Shown: positions 46,128 through 55,444 of the stretch, piece by piece
How the letters are laid out: every line of letters starts with the position of its first letter
Position numbering within the stretch: the first letter of the stretch is position 1
IMG/VR virus record: IMGVR_UViG_3300031418_000001
Length of the DNA: 64,000 nucleotides
Strand: one strand, 5' to 3'
DNA from: a virus
Taxonomy: Duplodnaviria; Heunggongvirae; Uroviricota; Caudoviricetes
Made by a program: the position numbers and the translations under genes
The notes under the pieces: model-generated
Told to the model about the DNA's origin: nothing
Databases searched by the model: none
Seen by the model: only the letters and a program-made list of their open reading frames with translations

Positions 46128-47606
46128 ATGAAAAATTTAAAAGTAAACTTTATTCTTAATGTTGATTCGTACAAAACTGGTCATGGTTCAATGATGAAAG
46201 ATGGTGTTGTTGGTCTTGAATCAAATATCATTGCACGTAAACCATCAAAATATACTACTCACGTAGTTATGATGGGATTACAGTACTATCTTCAAGAGTA
46301 CCTTGATATTAACATTACCAAAGAAGATATTGACGAAGCTGAATTTGAAACCGAACAACGTGGTGATGATTTCGACCGTGAATTTTGGGAATACATTCTT
46401 GAAACTTACAAAGGTAAAATCCCACTACATATTCGTGCAATTCCTGAAGGTACTTTAGTACCAGTTGGTTGTCCTCTGGTTCGTTCTATTGGTGATGATG
46501 AACATGTTGCAGTAATTGCAAGCTATGTTGAAACACAAATTCAACGTGCAGTATGGTTTCCCACTACAATTGCAAGTAATCTTCGCAGCATTAAAGAATT
46601 TTTAGCAGACACAATGGAACGTCATGCAGGCCATCGTTTTGTTGATTACCACTTACATAACTTTGGTGATCGCGGTGCTTCATGTTATGAAGCTGCAATG
46701 ATTGCTGGTATGACCCATGCTGCATTGTTCAGTGGTTCTGATTGTCTTTCTGCTAACCGTGTGATTAAACATTACTACCATACTGATAAAGCATATCTTA
46801 GTTCTGTAACAGCAAGTGAGCACAGTGCTACTTGTTCCAACAGTGACGCAAATAAACGCGATGATTTCAATATGGCAGTTAAAATGGTACGTCTGTGGGA
46901 AAAGAAAGTACAAAAGTACATTGCTAAAGGTAAAAAAGGTGTTCCACCTATTGTATCTATTGTAATTGATACCTATGATGCTTATCGTTTTGCTCGTGAC
47001 TATATTGGTACTCGCCTTAAAGCAAGTATTGAAGAAATCGCACATACCTGCCCAGGTGCTAAAGTAGTTCTCCGTCCTGACAGTGGTGATCCGACCACAA
47101 TGCCAATCGAAATTATTGAAATTTTGATGGAAAAGTTTGGTCATACTGTTAATGCTCAGGGATATAAAGTACTTCCATCCTTCATCGGTGTAATTCAAGG
47201 TGATGGTATTAATGAAGACAGTATCCGTGATATTGTAGGTAATCTTGAAAAGAAACATCTTTCTCTTGAGAACTTAGTATTCGGCATGGGCGGTAAATTG
47301 GTACATCCAGAAAAAGGCCGTGATCATTTTAGCTTCGCAATGAAAGGTTCTTCACAGACACTTGCAGATGGTACACAAGAAGATCTGTTCAAAGATCCAA
47401 TTACCGATGTAGGTAAACGTTCCCTCCGTGGTCGAGTAACTACTTACAAATGTAAAGTCAGTGGTAAAATCATTGCTGAACGTATTGAACTTCAGGAAGT
47501 TAATAAACAACTGGAAGACATGATGGTTGACGTATACGTTAACGGTGAAATCATGAATCTCAGTACTTTCGATGAAGTACGTGATCGTGCCAATATAGGT
47601 TTGTAA
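46128..47606 (+). CDS. nadV: Nicotinamide phosphoribosyltransferase (NAMPT)
   Basis: DSYKTGH, LHNFGDRG, ASEHS, SIVIDTYD, LRPDSGDP, IQGDG, FGMGG, FKDPITD.GK.S..G. Confidence 0.95.
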   Translation: MKNLKVNFILNVDSYKTGHGSMMKDGVVGLESNIIARKPSKYTTHVVMMGLQYYLQEYLDINITKEDIDEAEFETEQRGDDFDREFWEYILETYKGKIPLHIRAIPEGTLVPVGCPLVRSIGDDEHVAVIASYVETQIQRAVWFPTTIASNLRSIKEFLADTMERHAGHRFVDYHLHNFGDRGASCYEAAMIAGMTHAALFSGSDCLSANRVIKHYYHTDKAYLSSVTASEHSATCSNSDANKRDDFNMAVKMVRLWEKKVQKYIAKGKKGVPPIVSIVIDTYDAYRFARDYIGTRLKASIEEIAHTCPGAKVVLRPDSGDPTTMPIEIIEILMEKFGHTVNAQGYKVLPSFIGVIQGDGINEDSIRDIVGNLEKKHLSLENLVFGMGGKLVHPEKGRDHFSFAMKGSSQTLADGTQEDLFKDPITDVGKRSLRGRVTTYKCKVSGKIIAERIELQEVNKQLEDMMVDVYVNGEIMNLSTFDEVRDRANIGL

Positions 47607-47614
47607 TTAATATT

Positions 47615-47641
47615 AGGGCAGTCTTGGTACTGCCCTTCTTT
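47615..47641 (+). terminator. Intrinsic terminator
   Basis: AGGGCAGT-CTTGGT-ACTGCCCT-TCTTT. Confidence 0.75.
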
Positions 47642-47654
47642 ATGGAATAAAAAA

Positions 47655-47987
47655 ATGAATGATGATTTGTATGATCGTATTTTAGGGTTTATTGCGTTAG
47701 CTGGAAAGTACCGTAAAGATATTTTAGATCGTGAAGAACAGATTAAAGTACTTCAGTCTGAAATCAAAGCTATCCATGCTGAACTTTATTTAAGTTTTGA
47801 TGAATGGAATAACTGTACTGATCCAAAACAGAAAGATAAACTGGAATGGAAACGTAACAAAGTTGCTGCCCCAATAAACCCGAAAGTATATTGTATTCAA
47901 GGATTGAAGAAAGAGATTAAGGATATTGAATCTCAAATTTTAGAAACAATCAAAAACGGATATGAACATTACGATAATGGTATTTGA
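47655..47987 (+). CDS. Hypothetical coiled-coil protein
   Basis: 110-aa ORF. Confidence 0.7.
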   Translation: MNDDLYDRILGFIALAGKYRKDILDREEQIKVLQSEIKAIHAELYLSFDEWNNCTDPKQKDKLEWKRNKVAAPINPKVYCIQGLKKEIKDIESQILETIKNGYEHYDNGI

Positions 47988-48007
47988 GACTTTTTAAGGC
48001 ACAATAT

Positions 48008-48226
48008 ATGATTCTTTTAAAGATTATATTTGTTCTAATTTGGTGGATTGTTGGCTCGTATTGTGTAAACTGGATGGTTGTAATGACACTTGCAATGGCA
48101 AATGGTGGCCCCAAATCCGCATTAGACAAAAAAGGAAAACGAGAACTATTATTGATTAATACACTTGGTGTGCTTTGGTTAATAATGTGGTATGTTGGTG
48201 TTCCTATTTTAACGTTCGTATTGTAG
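48008..48226 (+). CDS. Hypothetical membrane protein
   Basis: Two hydrophobic segments; start uncertain. Confidence 0.6.
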   Translation: MILLKIIFVLIWWIVGSYCVNWMVVMTLAMANGGPKSALDKKGKRELLLINTLGVLWLIMWYVGVPILTFVL

Positions 48227-48251
48227 TTTAATTACATTAAGAGAAAATAAA

Positions 48252-49496
48252 ATGACATTTAAAGTAGCAGACTTAACTAAAAATTCAAAGTGGAAACTTA
48301 CTGCTGAAGTACCATTCTACCCATATACCCGTAATCAATGGGGTTGGGTTGATATTAATAAAAGTGTAAGTAATGCACCAGTAGGTACTGAATTTACCGT
48401 TCCGGTTAAACGACAGTCGGGTACTTTCAATGATGCTGGATATGATCGAGTAAATCGTGTGGATATTCCTGCCACGTGGGAAGTAACAGGTGTGTATTTT
48501 GACGTTCAGGTTAATGGTAACGCTGGTGCTGTATTCTTTAATGATATTAAAAACTGCATTGAACTATTAGAACAACCAAAAGATGCAGTCGTTCTTATTA
48601 AGGATACTGCTACTGGTAAGTACTTTAACAATGACTATGTATGTTACGTTGACCAATATGATAAAGATAAGTTAAAGGATGCTGAAGAAAAGTATCATGC
48701 AAGTGCAAAAAGTACACCTTTCTTTTGTTCACAATATAGCCAAGTTCGTCATACGTATGATACAGAAGTTGAAGCAGCAAAACTTGGATTCACTGCACCC
48801 GATATTAAAAAGTCAGAAGTAGTACTGACCTTTGCTGGTCGTGAATTTAGATTTGCAAGTACTCCATTATCAGGTAAAGTATTCAAGAATATTGGTTTTG
48901 CAAAACAACGTCTTCTTGCATGTGTCGGTTATTATAATGATACAAGTAATGACATGATGTATTGTCGTGATCCTCTTACTGCTATTCCTGATACATGGAA
49001 GTTGGTAGAATATGATAAAACTACCAAACAGGAAACAGTACTTGACTTTGATTGTGTTGAATATGCTCGTCATGCACTGGAACTGAAAATCCTTACTACC
49101 AAATACGGCTCAAGTACTCGCAGTATGTATTCTAAACTTGAGAAGAAAGGTGAGTTGGATAAATTCAAGTACTTCCTTATTTTCACACCAGGTGATGTAG
49201 ATCAGAAGCCTCTTTCTGAATATATGTATTATGACAATAAATTACTTGAAGAAATTGATCGTTACACTGTACGTGAAGTTTTCAACGGCGGTTCATATAC
49301 TATCAAGAAAGAAGAAGTGAAATTAGTAAAAGATATTGTTGACAAGAAAATGAAAAAAGATTTCGGGGATGATAGTATTTGTCTCGCAATCGAAGAACGT
49401 CGTGATGCATTGGAAATTACATTCACTTATCTTGGTAATTTGAACTTTAAACTTATTGATATGAGTACCCTTAAAGAAATAGTAAATGAAGATTGA
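48252..49496 (+). CDS. Hypothetical protein
   Basis: 414-aa ORF. Confidence 0.8.
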   Translation: MTFKVADLTKNSKWKLTAEVPFYPYTRNQWGWVDINKSVSNAPVGTEFTVPVKRQSGTFNDAGYDRVNRVDIPATWEVTGVYFDVQVNGNAGAVFFNDIKNCIELLEQPKDAVVLIKDTATGKYFNNDYVCYVDQYDKDKLKDAEEKYHASAKSTPFFCSQYSQVRHTYDTEVEAAKLGFTAPDIKKSEVVLTFAGREFRFASTPLSGKVFKNIGFAKQRLLACVGYYNDTSNDMMYCRDPLTAIPDTWKLVEYDKTTKQETVLDFDCVEYARHALELKILTTKYGSSTRSMYSKLEKKGELDKFKYFLIFTPGDVDQKPLSEYMYYDNKLLEEIDRYTVREVFNGGSYTIKKEEVKLVKDIVDKKMKKDFGDDSICLAIEERRDALEITFTYLGNLNFKLIDMSTLKEIVNED

Positions 49497-49986
49497 TTTC
49501 AAAAAGATTTGTAATAAAGTACAGAATTTTTCTAAGCCTAAATTATGTACTAAAAAGAAGTTTGAATTAAGAAACATTGATAGTAAGGTTTTCCCTTATG
49601 AACTGTATTTTACTAATCGTCATCATTATACCGATGAAAATGTTCTGAGAAAATTTTATAATCATTTAAAAGTTCAGGGGTTAACCGGAACAATTAAATC
49701 ATTTGTGCACCGAAAGTATAATCATAATAAATTTTATACGGTACAAGGTAAAGGTTTATTTGTACTTTCCATTAGAAATTATAGAATGGAACAACCAGAT
49801 TTTGCATTCGAAATAACAAGAAATACAATTGTATTAGGTACAGATAAACAAATTTTTGACTTACACGATAAGAGTGAAAGATTTGCGGCTTCAATGTACT
49901 TCACATTTGATTATGATGAGCTTGTTAATATGCAAATAGCTTTAAAACATAAACCGTCAGGTTTTTATCATTTATATGTAGAATAA
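49486..49986 (+). CDS. Probable paralog family A protein
   Basis: Motif HDKSERFAASMYFTFDYDEL. Confidence 0.65.
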   Translation: MKIDFKKICNKVQNFSKPKLCTKKKFELRNIDSKVFPYELYFTNRHHYTDENVLRKFYNHLKVQGLTGTIKSFVHRKYNHNKFYTVQGKGLFVLSIRNYRMEQPDFAFEITRNTIVLGTDKQIFDLHDKSERFAASMYFTFDYDELVNMQIALKHKPSGFYHLYVE

Positions 49987-49997
49987 GGAATTAATAA

Positions 49998-50333
49998 ATG
50001 CGTATGTTTATTCCAACAGTTGGAACTGAATTTAAACTATCTGAAGATTGGGTGTTTGATTTATTTCATGAGTACCGCAACGAAAAACTAATGGAGCACT
50101 TTAAACTACTCGAAAGAAGTGAATCAGGGTATTCTGTTTATAATTCACGTGAAAGTACTGAAGTAACTCTACCAAAAGGAACCATTATTAAGATTGACCG
50201 TATTTACGTCAAAAAAGGTAATGGTGCTTATGATAGCGTGACCGTATATGCACAGATTGCGGGTGAGAAACGTAAGCGTCGTTTTTGGGTAAAACTTAAC
50301 GATTTCAACCAGATTGAAGCGGAAGATATTTGA
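49998..50333 (+). CDS. Hypothetical protein (conserved IDRIYV..G...YDSVT motif)
   Basis: 111-aa ORF, AAGGA SD. Confidence 0.75.
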   Translation: MRMFIPTVGTEFKLSEDWVFDLFHEYRNEKLMEHFKLLERSESGYSVYNSRESTEVTLPKGTIIKIDRIYVKKGNGAYDSVTVYAQIAGEKRKRRFWVKLNDFNQIEAEDI

Positions 50334-50356
50334 TAAAATAACAATGGAGTGTTAAT

Positions 50357-50785
50357 ATGGCAGGAGGCTATATATCTGTAAAGTTGGATAAAGACCAACA
50401 AAAAGAAATACAAGAAATACTTAAAAAAGCTGAACTTAAACCCGTAGATGATATGCATTGTACGTTAATGTATGATGAAAATGATCCTGATATTGATTAT
50501 GATACCGAATCATCAAAAGTTTATGAAGCCAGTGTAACTGGCGTGGAACAATTAGGTTCAGCTTTAGTGCTTTTACTGAAATGTCCAGAACTTGAAACAC
50601 GGCATAAAGTACTTAAAGAATTAGGATTCGAACATTCTTATGATGACTTACTTTGTCACATGTCTTTAGTTTATGAACCAGAAGATGAAGATGACATTGA
50701 AATAATTGAACTTCTATATAATGTCGGTTTATTCCCTAAAGTACTTAAATTCAGTTCCGAATATAACGAGAAACTACAGGATTAA
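50357..50785 (+). CDS. acb1: 2H phosphoesterase, T4 gp57B/Acb1 anti-CBASS nuclease homolog
   Basis: HCTLMY and HMSLVY (two HxT/S motifs); GSALVLLL..L..RH...LG..H.YDD..H.SL.Y and EY.EKL parallel T4 57B. Confidence 0.85.
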   Translation: MAGGYISVKLDKDQQKEIQEILKKAELKPVDDMHCTLMYDENDPDIDYDTESSKVYEASVTGVEQLGSALVLLLKCPELETRHKVLKELGFEHSYDDLLCHMSLVYEPEDEDDIEIIELLYNVGLFPKVLKFSSEYNEKLQD

Positions 50786-50786
50786 T

Positions 50787-51161
50787 ATGAAAGATTATTA
50801 CTCTTTTCTGATGAATGTTGCCGAGCTTCTTAAAACACAAGATAAAGTTGACTTTATTGTTAATGGTATTACGGTATCTGTTGCTTGGCAAGTACCTAAT
50901 GCTCAATTTACTGAAATTCATATTGAGCAAGACTGTGATGAAAGTTCTGGTGTTATTTTCAAATTAAGTAATACTGAAGAAGCAAAGCGAAAGTTACTGG
51001 AGTTTGATAAATCTGATTACTTTAATCAAAACCTAATCACTCCATTAATACTTGACTATGACGAAATGATGGAAGTACTATTTTCATTCGTTGAGTTAGA
51101 AAAGATGTATACAATAATTATCTCTAAATCACTTTATCCTATTATTGAAGACAAAAAATGA
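50787..51161 (+). CDS. Paralog family A protein (hypothetical)
   Basis: Motif FDKSDYFNQNLITPLILDYDEM. Confidence 0.75.
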   Translation: MKDYYSFLMNVAELLKTQDKVDFIVNGITVSVAWQVPNAQFTEIHIEQDCDESSGVIFKLSNTEEAKRKLLEFDKSDYFNQNLITPLILDYDEMMEVLFSFVELEKMYTIIISKSLYPIIEDKK

Positions 51162-51577
51162 CTGAAGAAGAATCAAGTAGGTTAAGAAATTATATATTAT
51201 CTGTTATTGATATTCTAAGTACTGATAATATCGTAGAACAAGTTATAGATAATAATATTATTACTGTAGGTTATATTGATTCTGATGATGATGAAAGTAC
51301 TTCAAGTCTTGAAATCTTTAACTCATTGAATGATGGATTGCATCTCTCATTTGACCATGCTTTAAAAGTTCAGTTAACTAATGATGGGCTTGACAAGGAT
51401 GACTATTTCAATTTATCATTGGAATATGATTTAATCTTGTCTTTCGAAGATTTAAAGATGGTACTTAATGGATTCTGTAATAATGAAAAGTTTTTTAATA
51501 TTCGAATCCCTTACAGTGTTTTTTGTTATATTAAACAAGGAAAGATTGATGAACCTACAAACGTTTTTACAATCTGA
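51158..51577 (+). CDS. Paralog family A protein (hypothetical)
   Basis: Motif LDKDDYFNLSLEYDLILSFEDL. Confidence 0.8.
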   Translation: MTEEESSRLRNYILSVIDILSTDNIVEQVIDNNIITVGYIDSDDDESTSSLEIFNSLNDGLHLSFDHALKVQLTNDGLDKDDYFNLSLEYDLILSFEDLKMVLNGFCNNEKFFNIRIPYSVFCYIKQGKIDEPTNVFTI

Positions 51578-52298
51578 AGAACCTCGTTTGGTCTTTTTCA
51601 GTGGTGCTGGATTAAGCAAAGAATCTGGAATTAATACATTCCGTGATGCTGATGGTACATGGGAAAAGTTTGACGTGAACAAAGTATGTAATATTGATAC
51701 GTTTATGTCTAACTACAAAACAGTACATGATTTTTATAACGCTCGTCGTGTACAATTAAGTACGGTTGAACCAAACGCTGCTCATTTCTTTATTGCAGAA
51801 ATGCAAAAGAAGTACGGCGACCGTGTACTTCATTTTACTGCGAACGTAGATGATCTATGTGAACGGGCCTGTGGTACTGCATGTCATGTTCATGGTTCTT
51901 TACTTGAAGTGATTGATAACTACACTCGTTGTGGTGAATTTGCTGAAATTAAGAAATTGGGTTATGAAGAATGGATTCCTGATCCTGAAGTTAATTCTAA
52001 ACCCAACATTGTTTTCTTTGGTGAAAGTACTCGATTCGAGGATGGTAAAAAAGTTTATATCTATGATGATATGAACAATGTTTTATTCTTCCTACGACCA
52101 CAGGATACTGCCATTATCATTGGTAGTGGTGATCAGGTACTGGAATGGTCTTATATGTGTGGTAAACGTTCTCAAGCGTTCGCTATTAACGTAAACCCCG
52201 TAGAGCAACAGTTCGATAATCTATTCCAAGAAAACATCTATAAACCAGCAACAGAAGCAATACCAGACATTCTGGATTTTATTGAAAAACGAATGTAA
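51549..52298 (+). CDS. sir2: Sir2/CobB-family NAD-dependent deacylase-like protein
   Basis: SGAGLSKESGINTFRD, PNAAH, NVDDL, HVHGSL, KPNIVFFGE, IIGSG, VNP. Confidence 0.88.
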   Translation: MNLQTFLQSEEPRLVFFSGAGLSKESGINTFRDADGTWEKFDVNKVCNIDTFMSNYKTVHDFYNARRVQLSTVEPNAAHFFIAEMQKKYGDRVLHFTANVDDLCERACGTACHVHGSLLEVIDNYTRCGEFAEIKKLGYEEWIPDPEVNSKPNIVFFGESTRFEDGKKVYIYDDMNNVLFFLRPQDTAIIIGSGDQVLEWSYMCGKRSQAFAINVNPVEQQFDNLFQENIYKPATEAIPDILDFIEKRM

Positions 52299-52300
52299 TT

Positions 52301-52325
52301 AAAAAGCACCCATCGGGTGCTTTTT
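52301..52325 (+). terminator. Intrinsic terminator (symmetric)
   Basis: AAAAAGCACCC-ATC-GGGTGCTTTTT. Confidence 0.85.
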
Positions 52326-52339
52326 CTGCAAGGAACAAT

Positions 52340-52870
52340 ATGCGATTAGTAGACAGAATCAAAAAAGAAATATATAAAGTTTCCAAGAAAAGAAATTATC
52401 GTCATTTTAAAGATAACGACATTGATGATTTTATTATTTCAATGGATGAAATGGATAAAGGTAATTATATTAGTTCTTATGCTATAAAAGGAAGAACTAT
52501 TGGTTATGTTGATATTAAAAATTCAATTGCATGTCAGCGTATTGTAAAACCTTTCAGATTCGGGCCATCAAAATATAAACTTGAATTGATATTAAAATCA
52601 GATTTTGCAATCTGTATTGATGATAAGAAAGTAAAGGTATTTAAAGCCAATCATGGCTCAAGCATTATGGATAAAAATGATCCATTTTACGAAGGCTATA
52701 CTATTGATAAAGAAACATTCTTTAACCTTAGTTTGGAATATGATTATATTTTAACTGAAAATGAAATTGAAGAACTTAGAGTACTTATGCGTAAGTACTG
52801 TAAAAATATTGCTGTTAATATCTACACAACAAATATTATTTCAGCTTGTTTAGTACCCTGGAAATGGTGA
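52340..52870 (+). CDS. Paralog family A protein (hypothetical)
   Basis: Motif IDKETFFNLSLEYDYILTENEIEEL. Confidence 0.8.
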   Translation: MRLVDRIKKEIYKVSKKRNYRHFKDNDIDDFIISMDEMDKGNYISSYAIKGRTIGYVDIKNSIACQRIVKPFRFGPSKYKLELILKSDFAICIDDKKVKVFKANHGSSIMDKNDPFYEGYTIDKETFFNLSLEYDYILTENEIEELRVLMRKYCKNIAVNIYTTNIISACLVPWKW

Positions 52871-52874
52871 TTAT

Positions 52875-53078
52875 ATGGCACTGGATTTAGATAAAGAAGA
52901 ACCAATAAAAGAAAAGAAAAAAGAGAATAATAACGATAATAAAAAGAAAGAAGAATCTTTTCTTGGTGGCATTATTGATGACGTTATTGATGTATTGGTA
53001 GATGTTGGCGACACGGCGGGTGATGTGGCTGATGTTATTGGTGATATTCTTGGCGGTATAGGAGATATTTTAGATTAA
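52875..53078 (+). CDS. Small charged low-complexity protein
   Basis: K/E/N-rich N-half; D-V/I-x-D repeats in the C-half. Confidence 0.65.
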   Translation: MALDLDKEEPIKEKKKENNNDNKKKEESFLGGIIDDVIDVLVDVGDTAGDVADVIGDILGGIGDILD

Positions 53079-53401
53079 TGGAACAGATAATTAAGTACAA
53101 AACATCTGACGGAATGGAATGGGATAAAAGAGAACTTGCTGAATCTCATGAAAAATTACTCGGATTAAAGAATAAAATTAAAGAACATCGTGCTTCAATT
53201 GAATCGGTACAACGGGAAATTTCAGAGCATCAGAAAAGTTGTAACCATGAACTAAGTTATGAACCACCTGAAGTACGATACGATACAAGAAGTGAGTGTA
53301 ACGGCCCTGATTCAGATGATTGTTACGCGGTTAAAGTAATTCATACAACATATACATGTTGTATTTGTAATCACGAATGGACACATACCCGTGACGTATA
53401 A
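53078..53401 (+). CDS. Hypothetical protein with a Cys/His-rich C-terminus
   Basis: CNHE..TCCICNHEW. Confidence 0.7.
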   Translation: MEQIIKYKTSDGMEWDKRELAESHEKLLGLKNKIKEHRASIESVQREISEHQKSCNHELSYEPPEVRYDTRSECNGPDSDDCYAVKVIHTTYTCCICNHEWTHTRDV

Positions 53402-53720
53402 AATGTTTATTGATGACATAAGATTTCCTGAAAGATATTATCCTAATCAGGATTTCGTATTAGTCAGAACTTATGAAGAAGCAGTAAATTATGTACTTGA
53501 GCATGGTCTTCCTGAGTTTATATCGTTTGATCATGATCTTGCTGATGATTATGTGCCTGAAAGAACCGGATATACTTTTGCCAAATTTTTAGTGGAATAT
53601 ATGATGGACAATAACATTAAAGTACCTTTTGATTTTATTGTACATAGTTCTAATCCACCAGGCAAAAAGAATATTGAAATGTATCTTAATAATTATTTTG
53701 AGGTACTTAATGAGTCTTGA
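53391..53720 (+). CDS. Cyclic-phosphate-processing receiver-like domain protein
   Basis: FIDDIR.P, VRTYEEA, ISFDHDL, TGY..AK.LVE, VHSSNP.G. Confidence 0.75.
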   Translation: MTYKMFIDDIRFPERYYPNQDFVLVRTYEEAVNYVLEHGLPEFISFDHDLADDYVPERTGYTFAKFLVEYMMDNNIKVPFDFIVHSSNPPGKKNIEMYLNNYFEVLNES

Positions 53721-54018
53721 TTTTTATGAAGTAGAGTTACAAAACTGGTTTAAACTGAACAGACTAAAAGAGATAGTATCTTACATGGTACATTTCAACA
53801 CTGATTTTACTGTAAGTGTATTTCTTAATGCAGGTAAAACATATTCATTTTATGTAAGTACTGGTCATTATGGTGATAACATTACCAGTACTCCAGAGTT
53901 TCAAGATGTGTGTAAAAAGCAAAACCTCGGAATTATCAAAGAAGTAATTTTGATTTTAACCAAATATCTTCGTCAAAATGGATTTGATGCAGATTTAAAA
54001 ATTGGCAATATTTTGTAA
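53710..54018 (+). CDS. Hypothetical protein
   Basis: ATG 53710 gives an 11-nt overlap. Confidence 0.65.
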   Translation: MSLDFYEVELQNWFKLNRLKEIVSYMVHFNTDFTVSVFLNAGKTYSFYVSTGHYGDNITSTPEFQDVCKKQNLGIIKEVILILTKYLRQNGFDADLKIGNIL

Positions 54019-54069
54019 TATAAATATTTGTGCAATTAAATTATTTTAAACTACCTAATAAGGATATGT

Positions 54070-55401
54070 ATGAAAAAATACGTTCTTGACACCAATGTTC
54101 TAATTTCTGATCCAAGTTCTATCTTTAACTTTGACGACAATCAGGTTATTATTCCTTTCCCTGCTCTTGAGGAATTAGATCACATTAAATCCAAGGGGTT
54201 AGACGTGTCACGTGATGCACGTTTAGCAATTCGTAATATTTCTGAGGTAATTGGCGAAAGCACTTACGAAGAACTAACAAAGGGTATTGATCTATCAGCA
54301 ATCCGTAAAACTGTTATTAAAGGTGGTACTTTAACGGTTGTTGAATATAAAGGTGATGTAGTTTTCGATTTACAACATCAGGACGATAAAATTATTGCTA
54401 TCGCACTACAGGAAGATGCTATTCTTGTAACACGTGATATTAATATGCGTTTAAAAGCACTAAGTCAAGGTTGTTCAGTTGAAGACTATCGTTCAGACCG
54501 AAGTGTTAAAGATGCTGACCTAATTCATGTTGGTCATAATCAAGTACAGAACGATTTTTGGGAAAATTTGACTAATGTTGAATATGATAAGGAAACTGCT
54601 AAGATTCCAGTATCTGAATTCCCTGAAGATTGTAAACTATATAAAAATGATTATCTGTATAATGATGATGGTGTTGTAGGTAAAGTACTTAATGTACATG
54701 CTGGTACTGTATATCTTAAACCGATTAGCATGAAAAAACTGATGAATAAGAAATTATGGAATATTACTCCAAATGACATTTATCAGGGTATGGTAATGGA
54801 TTCAATCACAGATGAGAATATTGATATTAGTATTCTTCTTGGCCCTGCTGGTACTGGTAAAACCTTTATCACTATGGCATCTGCACTTGAACTTATTGTA
54901 GAAAAACGTCTGTACAAACGTATGATCTTTACTCGTTCTATGGATTCTCAGTTCGAAGAAATCGGGTTCCTACCTGGTACTGAATATGAGAAAATGGCTC
55001 CGTGGGTTGGTGGTGCATTCGATAGCCTTGAGCAACTACATAAGAAAGATGCTAAAGGTGCAGAAGAAAGTATTAAGTTCCTGATGGAAAAAGGTTATAT
55101 CATGTTTAAAGCGTTGAACTTTATCCGTGGTCGTAGCTTTAACGATACCATTCTTGTTATCGACGAATGCCAGAACTTAACAGCAGCACAGATGAAAACC
55201 ATCCTTACTCGTGCTGGTGAGAACTGTAAAGTAATTCTGATGGGTAACTTAGCACAGATCGACAACCGTTTTGTAACTCCTACAAACAGTGGTCTGACTT
55301 ATGTAGCTGAGAAGTTCAAAGATTGGGAAGGTTCAAGCGTTATTCAACTTGAAAACATTGTTCGTTCACGCCTTGCAGAATTTGCTGAAAAAACATTGTA
55401 A
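54070..55401 (+). CDS. phoH: PIN domain-PhoH ATPase fusion
   Basis: YVLDTNVLI (PIN), GPAGTGKT, FIRGRSF, IDECQN, TRAGENCK, GN..QID. Confidence 0.93.
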   Translation: MKKYVLDTNVLISDPSSIFNFDDNQVIIPFPALEELDHIKSKGLDVSRDARLAIRNISEVIGESTYEELTKGIDLSAIRKTVIKGGTLTVVEYKGDVVFDLQHQDDKIIAIALQEDAILVTRDINMRLKALSQGCSVEDYRSDRSVKDADLIHVGHNQVQNDFWENLTNVEYDKETAKIPVSEFPEDCKLYKNDYLYNDDGVVGKVLNVHAGTVYLKPISMKKLMNKKLWNITPNDIYQGMVMDSITDENIDISILLGPAGTGKTFITMASALELIVEKRLYKRMIFTRSMDSQFEEIGFLPGTEYEKMAPWVGGAFDSLEQLHKKDAKGAEESIKFLMEKGYIMFKALNFIRGRSFNDTILVIDECQNLTAAQMKTILTRAGENCKVILMGNLAQIDNRFVTPTNSGLTYVAEKFKDWEGSSVIQLENIVRSRLAEFAEKTL

Positions 55402-55408
55402 TGCATAT

Positions 55409-55431
55409 ATGCCCCGAAAGGGGCATTTTTT
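55409..55431 (+). terminator. Intrinsic terminator
   Basis: ATGCCCC-GAAA-GGGGCAT-TTTT. Confidence 0.9.
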
Positions 55432-55444
55432 ATAGAGGTATTTT

